Of a DNA stretch of 64,000 nucleotides, positions 26,401-40,076 are shown one piece after another. The translations under genes and the position numbers were made by a program. The notes under the pieces were generated by a model. The model did no database searches and was not told where the DNA came from. It saw only the letters and a list, made by a program, of their open reading frames with translations. Position 1 is the first letter of the stretch, and every line of letters begins with the position of its first letter. Source of the DNA: Squalus acanthias (taxonomy: Eukaryota); NCBI GenBank assembly GCA_030390025.1, contig CM059452.1:7440001-7504000 (forward strand). Reading direction: 5' to 3'.

Positions 26401-29400
26401 TTACACTGGACCCTGTCTCTGTTTATATTGCACTAGACTCTGTGTCTGTTTATATTACACTAGGCCCTGTCTCAGTTATTACTGCAGTAGACCTTGTTTC
26501 TGTTTATATTACTCTAGACCCTGTCTCTGTTTATATTACACTAGACCCTGTCTCTGTTTATATTACACTAGACCCTGTCTCTGTTTATATTACACTAGAC
26601 CCTGTCTCTGTTTATATTACACTAGACCCTGTCTCTGTTTATATTACACTAGACCCTGTCTCTGTTTATATCACACTAGACCCTGTCTCTGTTTATATTA
26701 CATTAGTCACTGTCTCAGTTATTACTGCACTAGACCTTGTCACTGTTTATATTACACGAGGCCCTGTCTCAGTTATTACTGCACTAGAACATGTCTGTGT
26801 TTATATTAAACTAGACCCTGTCTCAGTTATTACTGCACTAGAACCTGTCCCTATTTATATTACACTAGACCCTGTCTCAGTTATTACTGCACGAGACCCT
26901 GTCTCTGTTTACGTTACACTAGACCATATCACTGCTAATATTACAATAGTTCCTGTCTCAGTTATTACAGCACTAGAACCTGTTTCTGTTTATATTACAC
27001 GAGGCGCTGTCTCAGTTATTACTGCACTAGACCGTATCTCTGTTTATAACACACTAGAGCCTGTCTCAGTTATTACTGCATTCGACCCAGTCACTGTTCA
27101 TATTACACTAGACTCTGTCTCTGTTTATATTACACTAGATGCTGTCTCTGTTTATATTAAACTGGACCCTGTCTCTGTTTATATTACACTAGACCCGGTC
27201 TCTATTTATATTACACTAGACCATGTCTCTGTTTACATTACACTAGACCCTGTCTCTGTTTATATTACACTCGGCCCTGTCTCTGTTTATATTACACGAG
27301 GCCCTGTCTCAGTTTTTACTGCACTAGAACCTGTCTGTGTTTATATTAAACTAGACCCTGTCTCAGTTATTACTGCACTAGAACCTGTCCCTATTTATAT
27401 TACACTAGACCCTGTCTCAGTTATTACTGCACGAGACCCTGTCTCTGTTTACATTAAACTAGACCATATCACTGCTAATATTACAATAGTTCCTGTCTCA
27501 GTTATTACTGCACTAGAACCTGTTTCTGTTTATATTACACGAGGCCTTGTCTCAGTTATTACTGCACTAGACCATGTCACTGTTTATATTACACGAGGCG
27601 CTGTCTCAGTTATTACTGCACTCGACTCTGTCTCTGTTTATATTACACTAGATCCTGTCTCTGTTTATATTACACTAGACCGTTTCTCTGTTTATATTAT
27701 ACTAGTTCCTATCTCTGTTTATCTTACACTAGACCCTGTCTCTGTTGACATTATAATAGACCCTGTCTCTGTTTATATTACACGAGACCCTGTCTCTGTT
27801 TATATTGCACTGGATCCTGTCTCTATTTATATTACACTAGACTCTGTCTGTATTTATATTACACTAGACCCTGTCTCTGTTTATATTACACTAGACCGTT
27901 TCACTGTTTATATTACACAAGTTCCTGTCTCAGTTTATATTACACTAGATCCTGTCTCTGTTTATATTACACTAGACCCTGTCTCTGTTTATATTACATT
28001 AGACACTGTCTCAGTTATTACTGCACTAGACCTTGTTACTGTTTATATTACACGAGGCCCTGTCTCAGTCATTACTGCACTAGACCCTGTCTCTGTTTAT
28101 AACACACTAGAGCCTGTCTCAGTTGTAACTGCATTCGACCCAGTCACTGTTCATATTACACTAGACTCTGTCTCTGTTTATATTACACTAGATCCTGTCT
28201 CTGTTTATATTAAACTGGACCCTGTCTCTGTTTATATTACACTAGACCCGGTCTCTGTTTATATTACACTAGTTCCTGACTCAGTTTATATTGCACTAGA
28301 TCCTGTCTCTGTTTATATTATACTGGACCCTGTCTCTGTTTATATTACACGAGACCCTGTCTCTGTTTATATTGCACTAGCCCCTGTGTCTGTTTATATT
28401 ACACTAGGCCCTGTCTCAGTTATTACTGCGGTAGAACTTGTTTCTGTTTATATTACTCTAGGCCCTGTCTCTGTTTATATTACACTAGACCCTGTCGCTG
28501 TTTACATTACACTAGACCCTGTCTCTGTTTATATTACACTAGACCCTGTCTCTGTTTATATTACATTCGACACTGTCTCAGTTATTACTGCACTAGACCT
28601 TGTCACTGTTTATATTACTCGAGGCCCTGTCTCATTTATTACTGCACTAGACCCTGTCTCTGTTTATAAAACACTAGAGCCTGTCTCAGTTATTACTGCA
28701 TCCGACCCAGTCACTGTTCATATTACACTAGACTCTGTCTCTGTTTATATTACACTAGACCGTTTCACTGTTTCTATTACCCAAGTTCCTGTCTCAGTTT
28801 ATATTACACTAGATCCTGTCTCTGTGTATATTATACTGGACCCTGTCTCTGTTTATATTACACTAGACCCTGTCTCTGTTTATATTACATTAGACACTGT
28901 CTCAGTTATTACTGCACTAGACCTTGTTACTGTTTCTATTACACGAGGCCCTGTCTCAGTTATTACTGCACTAGAACCTGTTTCTGTTTATATTACACGA
29001 GGCCCTGTCTCAGTTATTACTGCACTAGACCATGTCTCTGTTTATAACACACTAGAGCCTGTCTCAGTAATTACTGCATTCGACCCAGTCACTGTTCATA
29101 TTACACTAGACTCTGTCTCTGTTTATATTACACTAGATCCTGTCTCTGTTTATATTAAACTGGACCCTGTCTCTGTTTATATTATACTGGACACTGTATC
29201 TGTTTATATTACACGAGACCCTGTCTCTGCTTATATTGCACTAGACCCTGTCTCTGTTTACATTACACTAGACCCTGTCTGTGTTTATATTACACTAGAC
29301 CCTGTCTCTGTTCATATTACATTAGACACTGTCTCAGTTATTTCTGCACTAGACCTTGTCACTGTTTATATTACACGAGGCCCTGTCTCATTTATTACTG

Positions 29401-31762
29401 CACTAGACACTGTCTCTGTTTATAACACACTAGAGCCTGTCTCAGTTATAACTGCATTCGACCCAGTCACTGTTCATATTACACTAGACTCTGTCTCTGT
29501 TTATATTACACTAGATCCTGTCTCTGTTTATATTAAACTGGACCCTGTCTCTGTTTATATTACACTAGACCCGGTCTCTGTTTATATTACACTAGTTCCT
29601 GACTCAGTTTATATTACACTAGATCCTGTCTCTGTTTATATTATACTGGACCCTGTCTCTGTTTATATTACACGAGACCCTGTCTCTGTTTATATTGCAC
29701 TAGCCCCTGTGTCTGTTTACATTACACTAGGCCCTGTCTCAGTTATTACTGCGGTAGAACTTGTTTTTGTTTATATTACTCTAGGCCCTGTCTCTGTTTA
29801 TATTACACTGGACCCTGTCGCTGTTTACATTACACTAGACCCTGTCTCTGTTTATATTACACTAGACCCTGTCTCTGTTTATATTACATTCGACACTGTC
29901 TCAGTTATTACTGCACTAGACCTTGTCACTGTTTATATTACTCGAGGCCCTGTCTCATTTATTACTGCACTAGACCCTGTCTCTGTTTATAAAACATTAG
30001 AGCCTGTCTCAGTTATTACTGCATCCGACCCAGTCACTGTTCATATTACACTAGACTCTGTCTCTGTTTATATTACACTAGTCCCTGTCTCTGTTTATAT
30101 TACACTAGACCCTGTCTCTGTTTATATTACACTAGACCCTGTCTCTGTTTATATTACATTAGACACTGTATCAGTTATTACTGCACTGGACCTTGTCACT
30201 GTTTATATTGCACTGGACCCTGTCTATGTTGATATTACACTAGACATTCACTCAGTTTATAATACAATAGATCCTGTTTATGTTTATATTACACTAGACC
30301 CTGTCTCTGTTTATACTACACTAGACCGTTTCTCTGTTTATATTACACTAGTTCCTATCTCTGTTTATATTACACTAGACCCTGTCTCTGTTTATATTAT
30401 AATATACCCTGTCTCTGTTTATATTACACGAGACCCTGTCTCTGTTTATATTACACTAGATCCTGTCTCTATTTATATTACACTAGACCCTGTCTGTATT
30501 TATATTACACTAGAGCCTGTCTTTGTTTATATTACTCTAGACCATGTCTCTGTTTATATTACACTAGTTCCTGTCGCAGTTTATATTACACTAGATCCTG
30601 TCTCTGTTTATATTATACTGGAACTTGTCTCTGTTTATATTACACTAGACCCTGTCTCTGTTTATATTACACTAGACCCTGTCTCTGTTTACATTACACG
30701 AGACCCTGTCTCTGTTTATATTACAATAGTTTTTGTCTCAGTTATTACTGCACTAGACCTTGTCACTGTTTATATTGCATTAGACCCTGTCTCTATTGAT
30801 ATTACACTAGACCTTCACTCAGTTTATATTACACTAGACCCTGTCTCTGTTTATATTACACTAGACCCTGTCTCTCTTTATATTACACTCGACCCGGTCT
30901 CCTTTTATATTACACTAGGCCCTGTCTCTGTTTATATTACACTAGATCCTGTCTCTGTTTATATTACACTAGACCCTGCCTCTGTTTATATTACACTTGA
31001 ACCTGTCTCTGTTTATATTACCATAGACCCTGTCTCTGTTTACATTACACTAGACCCTGTCTCTGTTTATATTACACTAGGCCCTTTATCTGTTTATATT
31101 AAACTAGGCCCTGTCTCAGTTATTACTGCACTAGACCTCTTCTCTGTTTATTTTACACTAGGCCCTGTTTCAGTTTATATTACACTAGACCCTGTCTCTG
31201 TTTATGTTATACTAGACCCGGTCTCTGTTTATATTACACTAGACCCTGTCTCTGTTTATATTACACTAGACTCTGTCTCTGTTTATATTACACTAGACAC
31301 TGTCTCTGTTTATATTACACTATACACTGTCTCTGTTTATATTACACTAGACACTGTATCTGTTTATATTACACTAGACCCTATCTCTGTTTATAATACA
31401 CTAGACCCTGTCTCTGTTTATATTACACTACACCCAGTCTCTGTTTATATTTCACTAGACCCTGTCTCTGTTTATATTACACTACACCCAGTCTCTGTTT
31501 ATATTACACTAGGCCCTATATCTGTTTATATTACCCTAGGCCCTGTCTCAGTTATTACTGCACTAGACCTCGTCTCTGTTTATATTACACTAGGCCCTAT
31601 TTCAGTTTATATTACACTAGACCCTGTCTCTGTTTATATTACACGAGACCCTGCCTCAGTTTATATTACACTAGTCGCTGTATCAGTAATTATTGCACTG
31701 GGCCCTGCCTTATTTGTTACAGCCCTTTACTTTGTTTATATTGTAATAGGCCTTATCTCAGG

Positions 31763-32310
31763 TAACATAAGAAAACAACAAATAGCAGCAGGTGTTGGCC
31801 ATTCGGCCCAACGAGCCAGCTCTGCCATTCAATAAGACCATTACCGATCCGCCACCTCAACTCCACTTTCCTGCACTATCCCCGTAAACCTTGTTTCCGT
31901 TAACATCCAAAAATCTATTGATCTCTACCTTAAATATACTCAACGACTGAGCCCTCACAGCCCTCTGGGGTGGAGAATTCCAAAGATTCACCACCCTCTG
32001 AATGAAGAAATTTCCCCCTCATCTCTGTCCTAAATGGCCGACCCCTTATTCTGAGACTGTGACCCCTGGTTCTGGACTCCCCAGCCAGGGGAATCATCCT
32101 CCCTGCATCTACCCTGTCAAGCCCTGTAAGAATTTTGTATGTTTCAATTGATCACCTCTCATTCTTCTAAAATCTAGAGAATATAGGCCTCGTCTACTCA
32201 ATCTCTCCTCGTAGGACAATCCTCCCATCCCATAAATCAGTCTGGTGAACCATCGTTGGACTCTCTCTATGGCAAGTATATCCTTCCTTAGGTAAGGAGA
32301 CCAAAACTGT
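31763..32310 (-). mobile_element. CR1 LINE 3' fragment
   Basis: QFWSPYLRKDILAIERVQR...LSYEERLSR.GLYSL.FRRMRGD. Confidence 0.8.
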
Positions 32311-32367
32311 AGGATGCAGGGTGTCCTTGAAGCGTTTCCTCTGCCCACCTGGGGCTCTCTTGCCATG

Positions 32368-32822
32368 TCGGGATGAAAGACGTCAGTTACGTGGAGAGAC
32401 TAGAGAAACTGGTTTTGTTCTCAATAGAGCAGAGAAAGTTGAGAGGACATTTAATAGAAGTGTTCAAAATTATGAGGAGTTGTGATAGAGTAGATAGGAG
32501 AAATTGTTTCCACTGACACGAGGGTCGGTAACTGGAGGACACAGATTTAAGATAATTTGCAAAAACAACAGAAGGGAGAGGAGGAGAAATTTGTTCAGGC
32601 ACTCAGTCGTTATGATCTGTAACGCACTGCCTGGGAGGGTGGTGGAAGCAGATTCAATAATAACTTTCAAAAGAGAATTGGATAAATACTTGAAAAGCAA
32701 GAATGTGTAGGGCTATGGGTAAAAAACCGGGGAACTGGACTAATTGGATAGCTCTTTCAAAGAGCCGACACAGGCACCATGGCCGAAAGACCTCCTTCTG
32801 TGCTGTATGATTCAATGATTCA
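32368..32822 (+). mobile_element. CR1 LINE 3' fragment
   Basis: GHRFKII...NALPGRVVEADSIITFKRELDKYL. Confidence 0.8.
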
Positions 32823-32900
32823 GCCCATAGGAATTGCAGTCGATGCTGCAGCTCTCTCTGACCGCACTGAAACACATCACCGCCAAAACAGACCGCAGGC

Positions 32901-33405
32901 AGCTTTTGTACGAGAGGAGAACTAGGTCATATCTCTGTGTCGGAGCGATGGGGCGAATCCACAGATGTACAGCGCCGTGTCACTCAGCTGGAGATCAGTG
33001 ACGGTTAAAATAGACACTTCTGAGCATGTCTTTAATTCAGAAGTGAAGCGATTCCCAATATTTTTTGCCTTTCCCCAACTGTTTCTCTAACTTCTCCACA
33101 CGATCATCTCCGGGGGTGTATCAGGATACTTTCGGTACAATACAGGTCGTACCAGCCTGCTGTTGTTGAATAGCTACATTGCGTTCTGAAAGTCTGTCTC
33201 ATTTTCCGGACTGCAGCCGACCAATCCTGAGACAGAGAATCTCCCTGACTCATATCTGGTGGAAAGACTGAAAATATTGATTGGAGGTTAATTGTGGGTT
33301 TAATATGAAACTTTGTTTCACGTAGCTTTGTACTATAACATCCTTTAAAGACTTACCAAATGTTAAACAGGTGAGGGTAGTCAAAAGGGTGAATTTGAAA
33401 TGCAT
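32901..33405 (-). pseudogene. TCR alpha/delta V pseudogene A
   Basis: Leader MHFKFTLLTTLTCLTF at 33357-33405; V exon 32940-33255 (GDSLSQ..QCSYSTT..DTALYIC). A 1-nt deletion at the FR2 Trp and an in-frame TAG. RSS is CACAGAG-23-ACAAAAGCT. Confidence 0.85.
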
Positions 33406-34873
33406 GATCCCCGACAATCCCAGCCAGTGTGGGCCTCTCCGGGTCGAGCTGATTTCCAATACTCTCTCCTTTGCTGGGAAGCTGATCCAGTATTTGCACT
33501 GAGCAGCTCGCGGCAATATTCTTCAATGACAAATCACGTGCTCCAGCTTTAACCAATCGGGACCGTCCGTTAACGGTCCTTGCGATGATTGGACATACGA
33601 GAGAGAGAGACACAGTTTGATTGGATAAATAGAAGTGGCATGTTAATTCATTCTCGGGCTGCAGGTGTCGCTGGCGAGGCCGCCTTTATTGCCGGTCCCC
33701 CGTTGCCCTGAAATGGTGAGTCCAGTCCAGTCCCACACCAATGTGGTTGACTCTTAGCTGCTTATGAAGCGGCCCAGCAAGACCGTCAGTTGTATCAGTG
33801 CAAGTAGAGATGGAAAGTACATGCCGGTCTTGTCAGCGACGTCCACATGAACTAAAAACATGAATAAAAAATGTTCCTGAACCAATTCAACACGTGACTG
33901 ACATCACCTCACACTGATCATTGTATCCGCTCCCCTTCCTTCACCGTCAGTGGTCGTTCATTAAAGGATATAGAATTCTCGGTGTCACCATCTTGCTTTT
34001 TAAACAAATATTGTGCCAATTTGGTGAGTTGACGGTTCCTCTGTGTTTCTGATCTTCACATCAGGAGTTGATTTCGATCGAACCCTTTTCCATTGCAATA
34101 ATTTCCGGCAGCCAACTGGTTCCTCATATACAGTTGACAAACTCCATCTGAAACTAAGGCGCGGACTTCACTGAGCGGAAGGGTGGAGTCCCGCCGCCCC
34201 CTGGTGGTTGACCCAGCATTGCACGCGGTGCTCCGGGACAGAATCTTAAGAAAATGCCAGATAACAATAAGAAAGGTGAATTTCGTCGTGTCCTGGCAAT
34301 TAGAGCTTAAAAAATAAATAAACTGCACTTGATAGAAAAGGTGATGCTAGTAACAGGAATAAAACAAGTTTCAAAATTTAGATGAGTCAAAATAACCATG
34401 ATAGGTTGTTTATTCAGATACAAATCAGACTAATTATCTAACTCAATGATTACTTGATCACACACCAGAAGTGTTTTGGGGAATCTAAACACACTGGATG
34501 AGGCTTTATGTAAATACAAAGTTTTGATCCTATTTGCTGCACACAATCAGTGCGTTCCCTCGGTGTTATAGACCTGCCGCTTGGTTTGCCTGGTGTGTAC
34601 AGCTCCTTGAACGGCTGGAACACAACGTCAAATTGTTTGGGCAGTCTTTCTGCCGCAATATCTTTTATTTATGAACTGGTATAAATTCTCTAAACACATC
34701 TTTTCACTATGTTCAGGAGCACCAGAGGAAAGTTTCCCCGATGCCTATCTGTTGCTCTCGGTTTGCTGTTTATTTGGGGTATTTTAAATCAGCACCTTCT
34801 GGTCACAAGTTTAGAAAGTCCCCGTTTCTCTCCACACTGCCCGCTGTCCCGTGACCTTGTCATGTTCCGGCAG

Positions 34874-35435
34874 TGTTTTTGTACGAGGCTCCCTCTGGTT
34901 CCTGTCACTGTGTCTCTCAGCCCGCAGTGATACACCGCGCTGTCAGACAGCCGCAGGCCGCCGATGGTGAATTCCCTCACTTTTCGAAGTGTCGAGAGAT
35001 GCGGAAAATCGAGCCCCCGCGCCCTCTGCTTTGGAAATATCCCCAGCAGAAGGGATGTAGATCAAGAATGTGGGGCCTTTGTCCCGATCCTGACGGTACA
35101 GTTGTAAGGAATAGAAAGTCTCAGTGGTCGAATAATTGTAATTGATGGTCACCGAGTCTCCTTCAAACTGCATCGCTCTACCCGGCCCCTGTGAGACCGA
35201 GTCTGCACCACTGACACCTGCAGAAATTTAGAAATACAGAACTGTAAGCTCTTACTGTCATTTTATTATAACTAATATAACAAAAGGTGACGGAATACAT
35301 GGCAAGTATAGAGAAACACAGTTAGAAGATTCTCTGTGTTAGTGACACTTGCAAGAGGAAGATTGTGTAACTTGTAAACTTACCCGTTAAGAAAGCTGCA
35401 ACTGAGACGAATGAATAAACTGAAAGAAACAACAT
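34874..35435 (-). pseudogene. TCR alpha/delta V pseudogene B
   Basis: Leader MLFLSVYSFVSVAAFLT at 35384-35435; V exon 34913-35217. First Cys is Tyr and FR3 is frameshifted; ends LSDSAVYHCGLR. RSS is CACAGTG-23-ACAAAAACA. Confidence 0.88.
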
Positions 35436-35569
35436 GTTTGCAGAGAGTTGAAACGGGATTTGAACAGAACGGATTGAACCTGTAATTGTTTTAGTCAAGA
35501 GTTGAGAAAATGTCGAGTAATATCCGGTCTCTATGCCGATTGGATCATTCCTGTTCGAGACAACAGGTG

Positions 35570-35690
35570 ACATCCAATCATCTCACCTGTGCTTTGTTCT
35601 CCAAATCAACCAATCAGCTCAGGTGTCCTTTGTTCTCCAATTCATCCAATCAGCTCAAAGGTCCTTTATTCGCCAGTTCATGACGTCAGA
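35570..35690. promoter_or_regulatory. Promoter-like motifs upstream of V B: three CCAATCA and a perfect CRE
   Basis: TGACGTCA at 35681-35688; CCAATCA at ~35574, 35610 and 35646. Confidence 0.5.
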
Positions 35691-36040
35691 GCGGGGAGCG
35701 GAGAATAAGGTGAAATTGTTCTCCTCATAACAGAGAATTAGACGGGAATTAAACCCAATGTTGGCCCATTAACAGGTCAGTCTCTGAGGTGTGGGCAGGG
35801 AAGGGAAATAGTTCATATTGTTCAGTGCGAGAGCGTCCAATTAAAAGAGTTGCTCACTGAGCATGAGAACTATTCGCTGCCGATATAAAGGGCGATATTA
35901 CGTATAATGACATAGAGTCTGCAGCACAGAAACAGGCCATTCGGCAAAACTGGTCTTTATAGTTTGGTTCCCGTTCTATTATCAGATCACAATCCAGGTC
36001 CCAAATCTGATTCATTGAGAGGGGATCGGAGTCCCTTGCT

Positions 36041-36502
36041 GTTTTTTGTAAGGACTGACTGCGCCCCTGTAACAGTGTGGAGTGCAGCGCACAGTGATAC
36101 ACGGCAGAGTCAGAGACATTTAAAGGAACCGTTTTTTTGTCTTGGTCCAAATCAGCAGAGAACTGGTCTGGGAAATCTGGAGACTTATTCCCCTGCCCCT
36201 TGCCGTATCTCTTCAGTAAATATCTCGGAGCTCCCCCGGGGTACTGGATGTACCAGAAGAGATAGGGAAAGTTATCGGATGTGGAGTAACTGCAGTTCAG
36301 TGTTATGGTCTGTCCTTCCTGAATCGTTAATTCAGATGGATTCTGCGACACTGAGTCTTCGCCACTCCTACCTGTAACAAAATACAGAATGTGTCAAAAG
36401 TGTGGCAGTAAATATAACCTATGGAACACACACTGACCCTTTAAACATGGACTCACCGGGCAGCACGACCATTATTATGAGTAAAGAACACGGGGAGCAT
36501 AT
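36041..36502 (-). pseudogene. TCR alpha/delta V segment C, probably defective
   Basis: V exon 36080-36371 (EDSVSQNP..LNCSYSTSDNFPYLFWYIQYPG...VPLNVSDSAVYHCAL) has a FR3 about 5 codons short. The leader frame (36457-36502) starts with ATA. RSS is CACACTG-23-ACAAAAAAC. Confidence 0.8.
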
Positions 36503-37371
36503 GGTGTTTGGATTGGAGTTCGACAGAAAATAGTAGATCGCTTTAAATATGTTAGTCCTTCTGTTCTTATATTAAAGTGTAAAGTCAAATCAGGGGCAGA
36601 CTTCACTTATTGGGACAATGAGGGACCGTGTCCCAGGGATAGGATTGGCTGGTCTCTCAGAACTGCCACCAGCTGTGCACCAATCAGTTTTAGTGGTGGA
36701 CCAATTACTGATGTCTACAAACCCTTTCCTTACCTAGCTCTGTGAGTGAGTCTCTCTCTCTCTCTCTCTCTCTCTCTGTCAGCCTCTCTCTCTCTCTGTC
36801 TCTGTCTCTCCCTCTCTCTCTCCCTCTGTCTCGTTGTCACTCACTCTGCTTAACTCGGTGTCTTTCTCACTCTCTCTTCTCTCTGTCTCAGCAAGGTTAA
36901 AGGCGAAAAATAATATAAATCAGTCTCAATCCCCGGCATCACTGAGCTTCCTCCACAGTCAATAAACTCCATTGCTAGTCATAGTCTTAAGACCACGAGC
37001 GATATGGCAAGTGGACCGCCCTCTGCACCAGTGAGGTATCTTTTAAAAAAGTGACCTGGCGGATCTGCATCATATCCAGGACTTTTACTTGTAGAGATCG
37101 ATCCTGTTATTCATCCCAGAGATCTGCAGGTTTGTACTAACACTGGGGTCTGAATTTGACCCTGGATTAAAATGGTTGAGAATAGTCACATTTACCAACG
37201 CTGACAGCACTGACCTTGACTAGTAAAAACCGCTCGGATCAGGCTTTATTTTCCCATTTACATTTTGCAGAAACTAATTGGGAATTAATCCCTGGTATTT
37301 TCCTGGAGCTCGCAATTGATGCTGAATTGTGCCCTGTTTTTGTGAGGACCGAAGGACCCTTATTCACTGTG

Positions 37372-37843
37372 GATCTCAGGGCACAGTAATACACGGCGCT
37401 GTCTGTGATCTTCAAGCCTTTGATGGATAAGTGAAAAATACCTTGTGTCCGGTTGAGATTTCCGCTGAAGTGTTCAAAATGCGCAGCCGTCTCGTTATTC
37501 CCGTAACTATCGTCTCTGAGCAGATACTGAGGGGCTTGCTGGGGATACTGGCGATACCAGAACAGGTTATAGCTTGTAGCTGAACCCGATACAGAGTAAC
37601 TGCAGGTTATTGTTGAATCTGCACCCTCTTCTGATCCGACTCCTTGTTCTGACTGGGACACCGAGTCTCTGTTACTCATCTCTGAAAATAAACAGCGGAC
37701 ACACAACGGGTTATACAGAGTAACAGAAAGAGAACAATAACCCAGAGATGAAGATGGGGATTGGAGAATGTTATAGGATGGTTCCAATATCACCGACCTG
37801 TGATCAGGACAATAACCAGAGTCAGGCAGAGTTTCACCTCCAT
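37372..37843 (-). CDS. TCR alpha/delta V segment D (open frame; leader 37798-37843, V exon 37372-37681)
   Basis: MEVKLCLTLVIVLIT, then DSVSQ...ITCSYS...LFWYRQYPQQAPQYLL...DSAVYYCALR. RSS at 37335-37371 has only a 21-nt spacer. Confidence 0.85.
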
Positions 37844-38079
37844 GGTTCCAGTCTGAACTCCAGAAACAAGAGATTGTGATCATTGCCTATACCGGGCTTG
37901 GAATGGGAGAAACTAAAGCAGCGCGGAGATGTCATCAGATCACTTTGGATTTCTTCTCCCCGCCCACTTGTATCGCTCCAAACAGTTAGTTCCTGCAGAT
38001 GCGGACCATTATCTTTAGCATGTGATCAGAGAACACCCTCTTGTGGACAGTACAATCATGACATAGTGCATTGGAAGCA

Positions 38080-39520
38080 CAGACAAACACACGCAGACAG
38101 ACACCCATACACAGAAATAGACACTCATACACACATACACAGACACAGTTACACCAACACCCACATACCCACACACACACAACACAGACACACATACACA
38201 GACACACTTACACCGAAACCCACATACCCACACACACAGAGACACAGACACGCAGACACTCATACACACACAGATACGCATGCACACATACACACAGACA
38301 CGCATACAGAGACACAGACACACATCTGTAGACACACACAGACAGACAGAAAGACACAGACACAGACAGACACAGGCAATATAAACCCAGATAAACAAAA
38401 CTGGTTCATGTGTTGTGGAGGAGAATTATTTATGTATTTACTTATTCGTTCATGGGATGTGGGCGTCACTGGCAAGGCCAGCGTTTATTGCCTATCCCTA
38501 ATTGCCCTACTGAAGGTGGTGGTGAGCCACCTTCTTGAACCGCTGCAGTCCGTGTGATGAAGGTTCTCCCACAGTGCTGTTAGGGAGGGAGTTCCAGGAT
38601 TTTGACCCAGTGACGGTGAAGGATCGGCGATATACTTCCAAGTCAGGATGGTGTGTGACTTGGAGGGGAACTTGGAGGTGGTGGTGTTCCCATGCGCCTG
38701 CTGCCCTTGTCCTTCTAGGTGGTAGAGGTCGCGAGTTTGAGAGGTGCTGCCGAAGAAGCCTAGGCGAATTGCTGCAGTGCATCTTGTATATGGACATGCA
38801 GCTCAGTTGTTTGAGACGAAAGATGTTGAAGAAGTGATCAGACAGCGCCCTCTTGTGTTCCTACAAGCCTCACCTAGGACACACAAACACAGAGACACAC
38901 ACATACCGACACAAACTCAGACAAATAAACTACACAGAAAAACATGCACAGATAAACGCAGAGACAGATAAACGCCGACACACACATTGATACAAACAAA
39001 CAGAGACTGATAAACACACAGACAAAAACGCACAGATAAACACACACAGACAGATAAAAACACACACAGAGACGCACATTCACCCTCACAAACGCAGACA
39101 TATAAGCACACAGAGACTAAAACGTAGACATAAACACAGACAGACAGACAGATAAAGACACAGAGAAACACATTTACACTCACAAAAACAGGCAGATAAA
39201 ACACACACAGACGCACACATACACACTCACAGACACAATCAGATAACCACACACAGACATACATTCTCACTCACAAACACAGAAATATAAACACGCACAG
39301 ACAAACACATAAACACAGACAGACAGACAGATCAACACTCACGGACAAACACATACAGACAAACACAGACAGACAGATAAACACACACAGACACACAAAT
39401 TCATACTCAAAAACACAGACAGATAAACACACACATAGACTCACATATTCACACTCACAGACACAGACAGTTAAACACAGACAGACAGATAAACACACAG
39501 AGAGATACAGACAAAAACGT
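38080..39520. repeat. CA-rich low-complexity tracts flanking a retroelement-like fragment (~38430-38800)
   Basis: ACAC/AGAC degenerate microsatellite at ~38080-38380 and ~38880-39520. Confidence 0.8.
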
Positions 39521-40076
39521 TCGAGAGTAAACTGTGGTTAATGGGAAACTCTGAGTTAGTGACGTTGCGACAACGTCGTGTCAGATTTTCATTTCTATCA
39601 AATGGAACTTTTCTCCTGCACAAGAAAACCATAAAATAGATTCCTCATTAATCGTGAGCAATGGCTTCAAAACACGGTTAAATTGGGAATCCTTTTGAAG
39701 AATAAACCTGAATCGAAGGGATTTCTTCCTCCTTCCGTGCAGTTCTGGGATGTGTCCGTGACATTGTGGGTGAGGCCGTTAACGGTCAGACAGAATCCTC
39801 ACCCATTCCCGGGATCGGATGATCAGATGTTCGGAACAAAGCAGAACAGCTCACGGAGCCTGTGTGCCGGGGCCGCGGGCAGTGATGATGGACACAGACA
39901 GCGACAATAATCAGCGGCAGATCATTGAAACCAGGCTCTTGGTTTGATTCAGGAAATGACGGGGACTCCGTGTGCTGACAGAAACACTTCAAATCTCCTC
40001 TTCAGTCCGAAAGCTGCAACTGAGAGGAGGCACCGGGTGAAGTGCGGTATCCCAGTGCGGGGAAACTGCGGCCATT

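Larger units (their letters stand above)
19885..31710. repeat. ~12 kb satellite with a 27-bp unit and higher-order structure
   Basis: Unit CTAGACCCTGTCTCTGTTTATATTACA and variant CTAGACCCTGTCTCAGTTATTACTGCA. The diagnostic variant CATATCACTGCTAATATTACAATAG recurs about 7 times. Confidence 0.97.

Noticed and set aside
26442-31835. 1797-aa ORF (and the 640-aa ORF at 21103-23025)
   Set aside because: Translation of a 27-bp (9-codon) satellite that lacks stops in one frame. It has a GTG start, no domain, and frameshifts elsewhere in the array.
37883-39498. Thr/His- and Cys/Val-rich ORFs
   Set aside because: Translations of CA/GT microsatellite.
39780-39930. Possible extra V remnant on minus (leader-like stretch and GEDSV*)
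   Set aside because: No Cys/Trp framework, YYC motif or RSS could be found.
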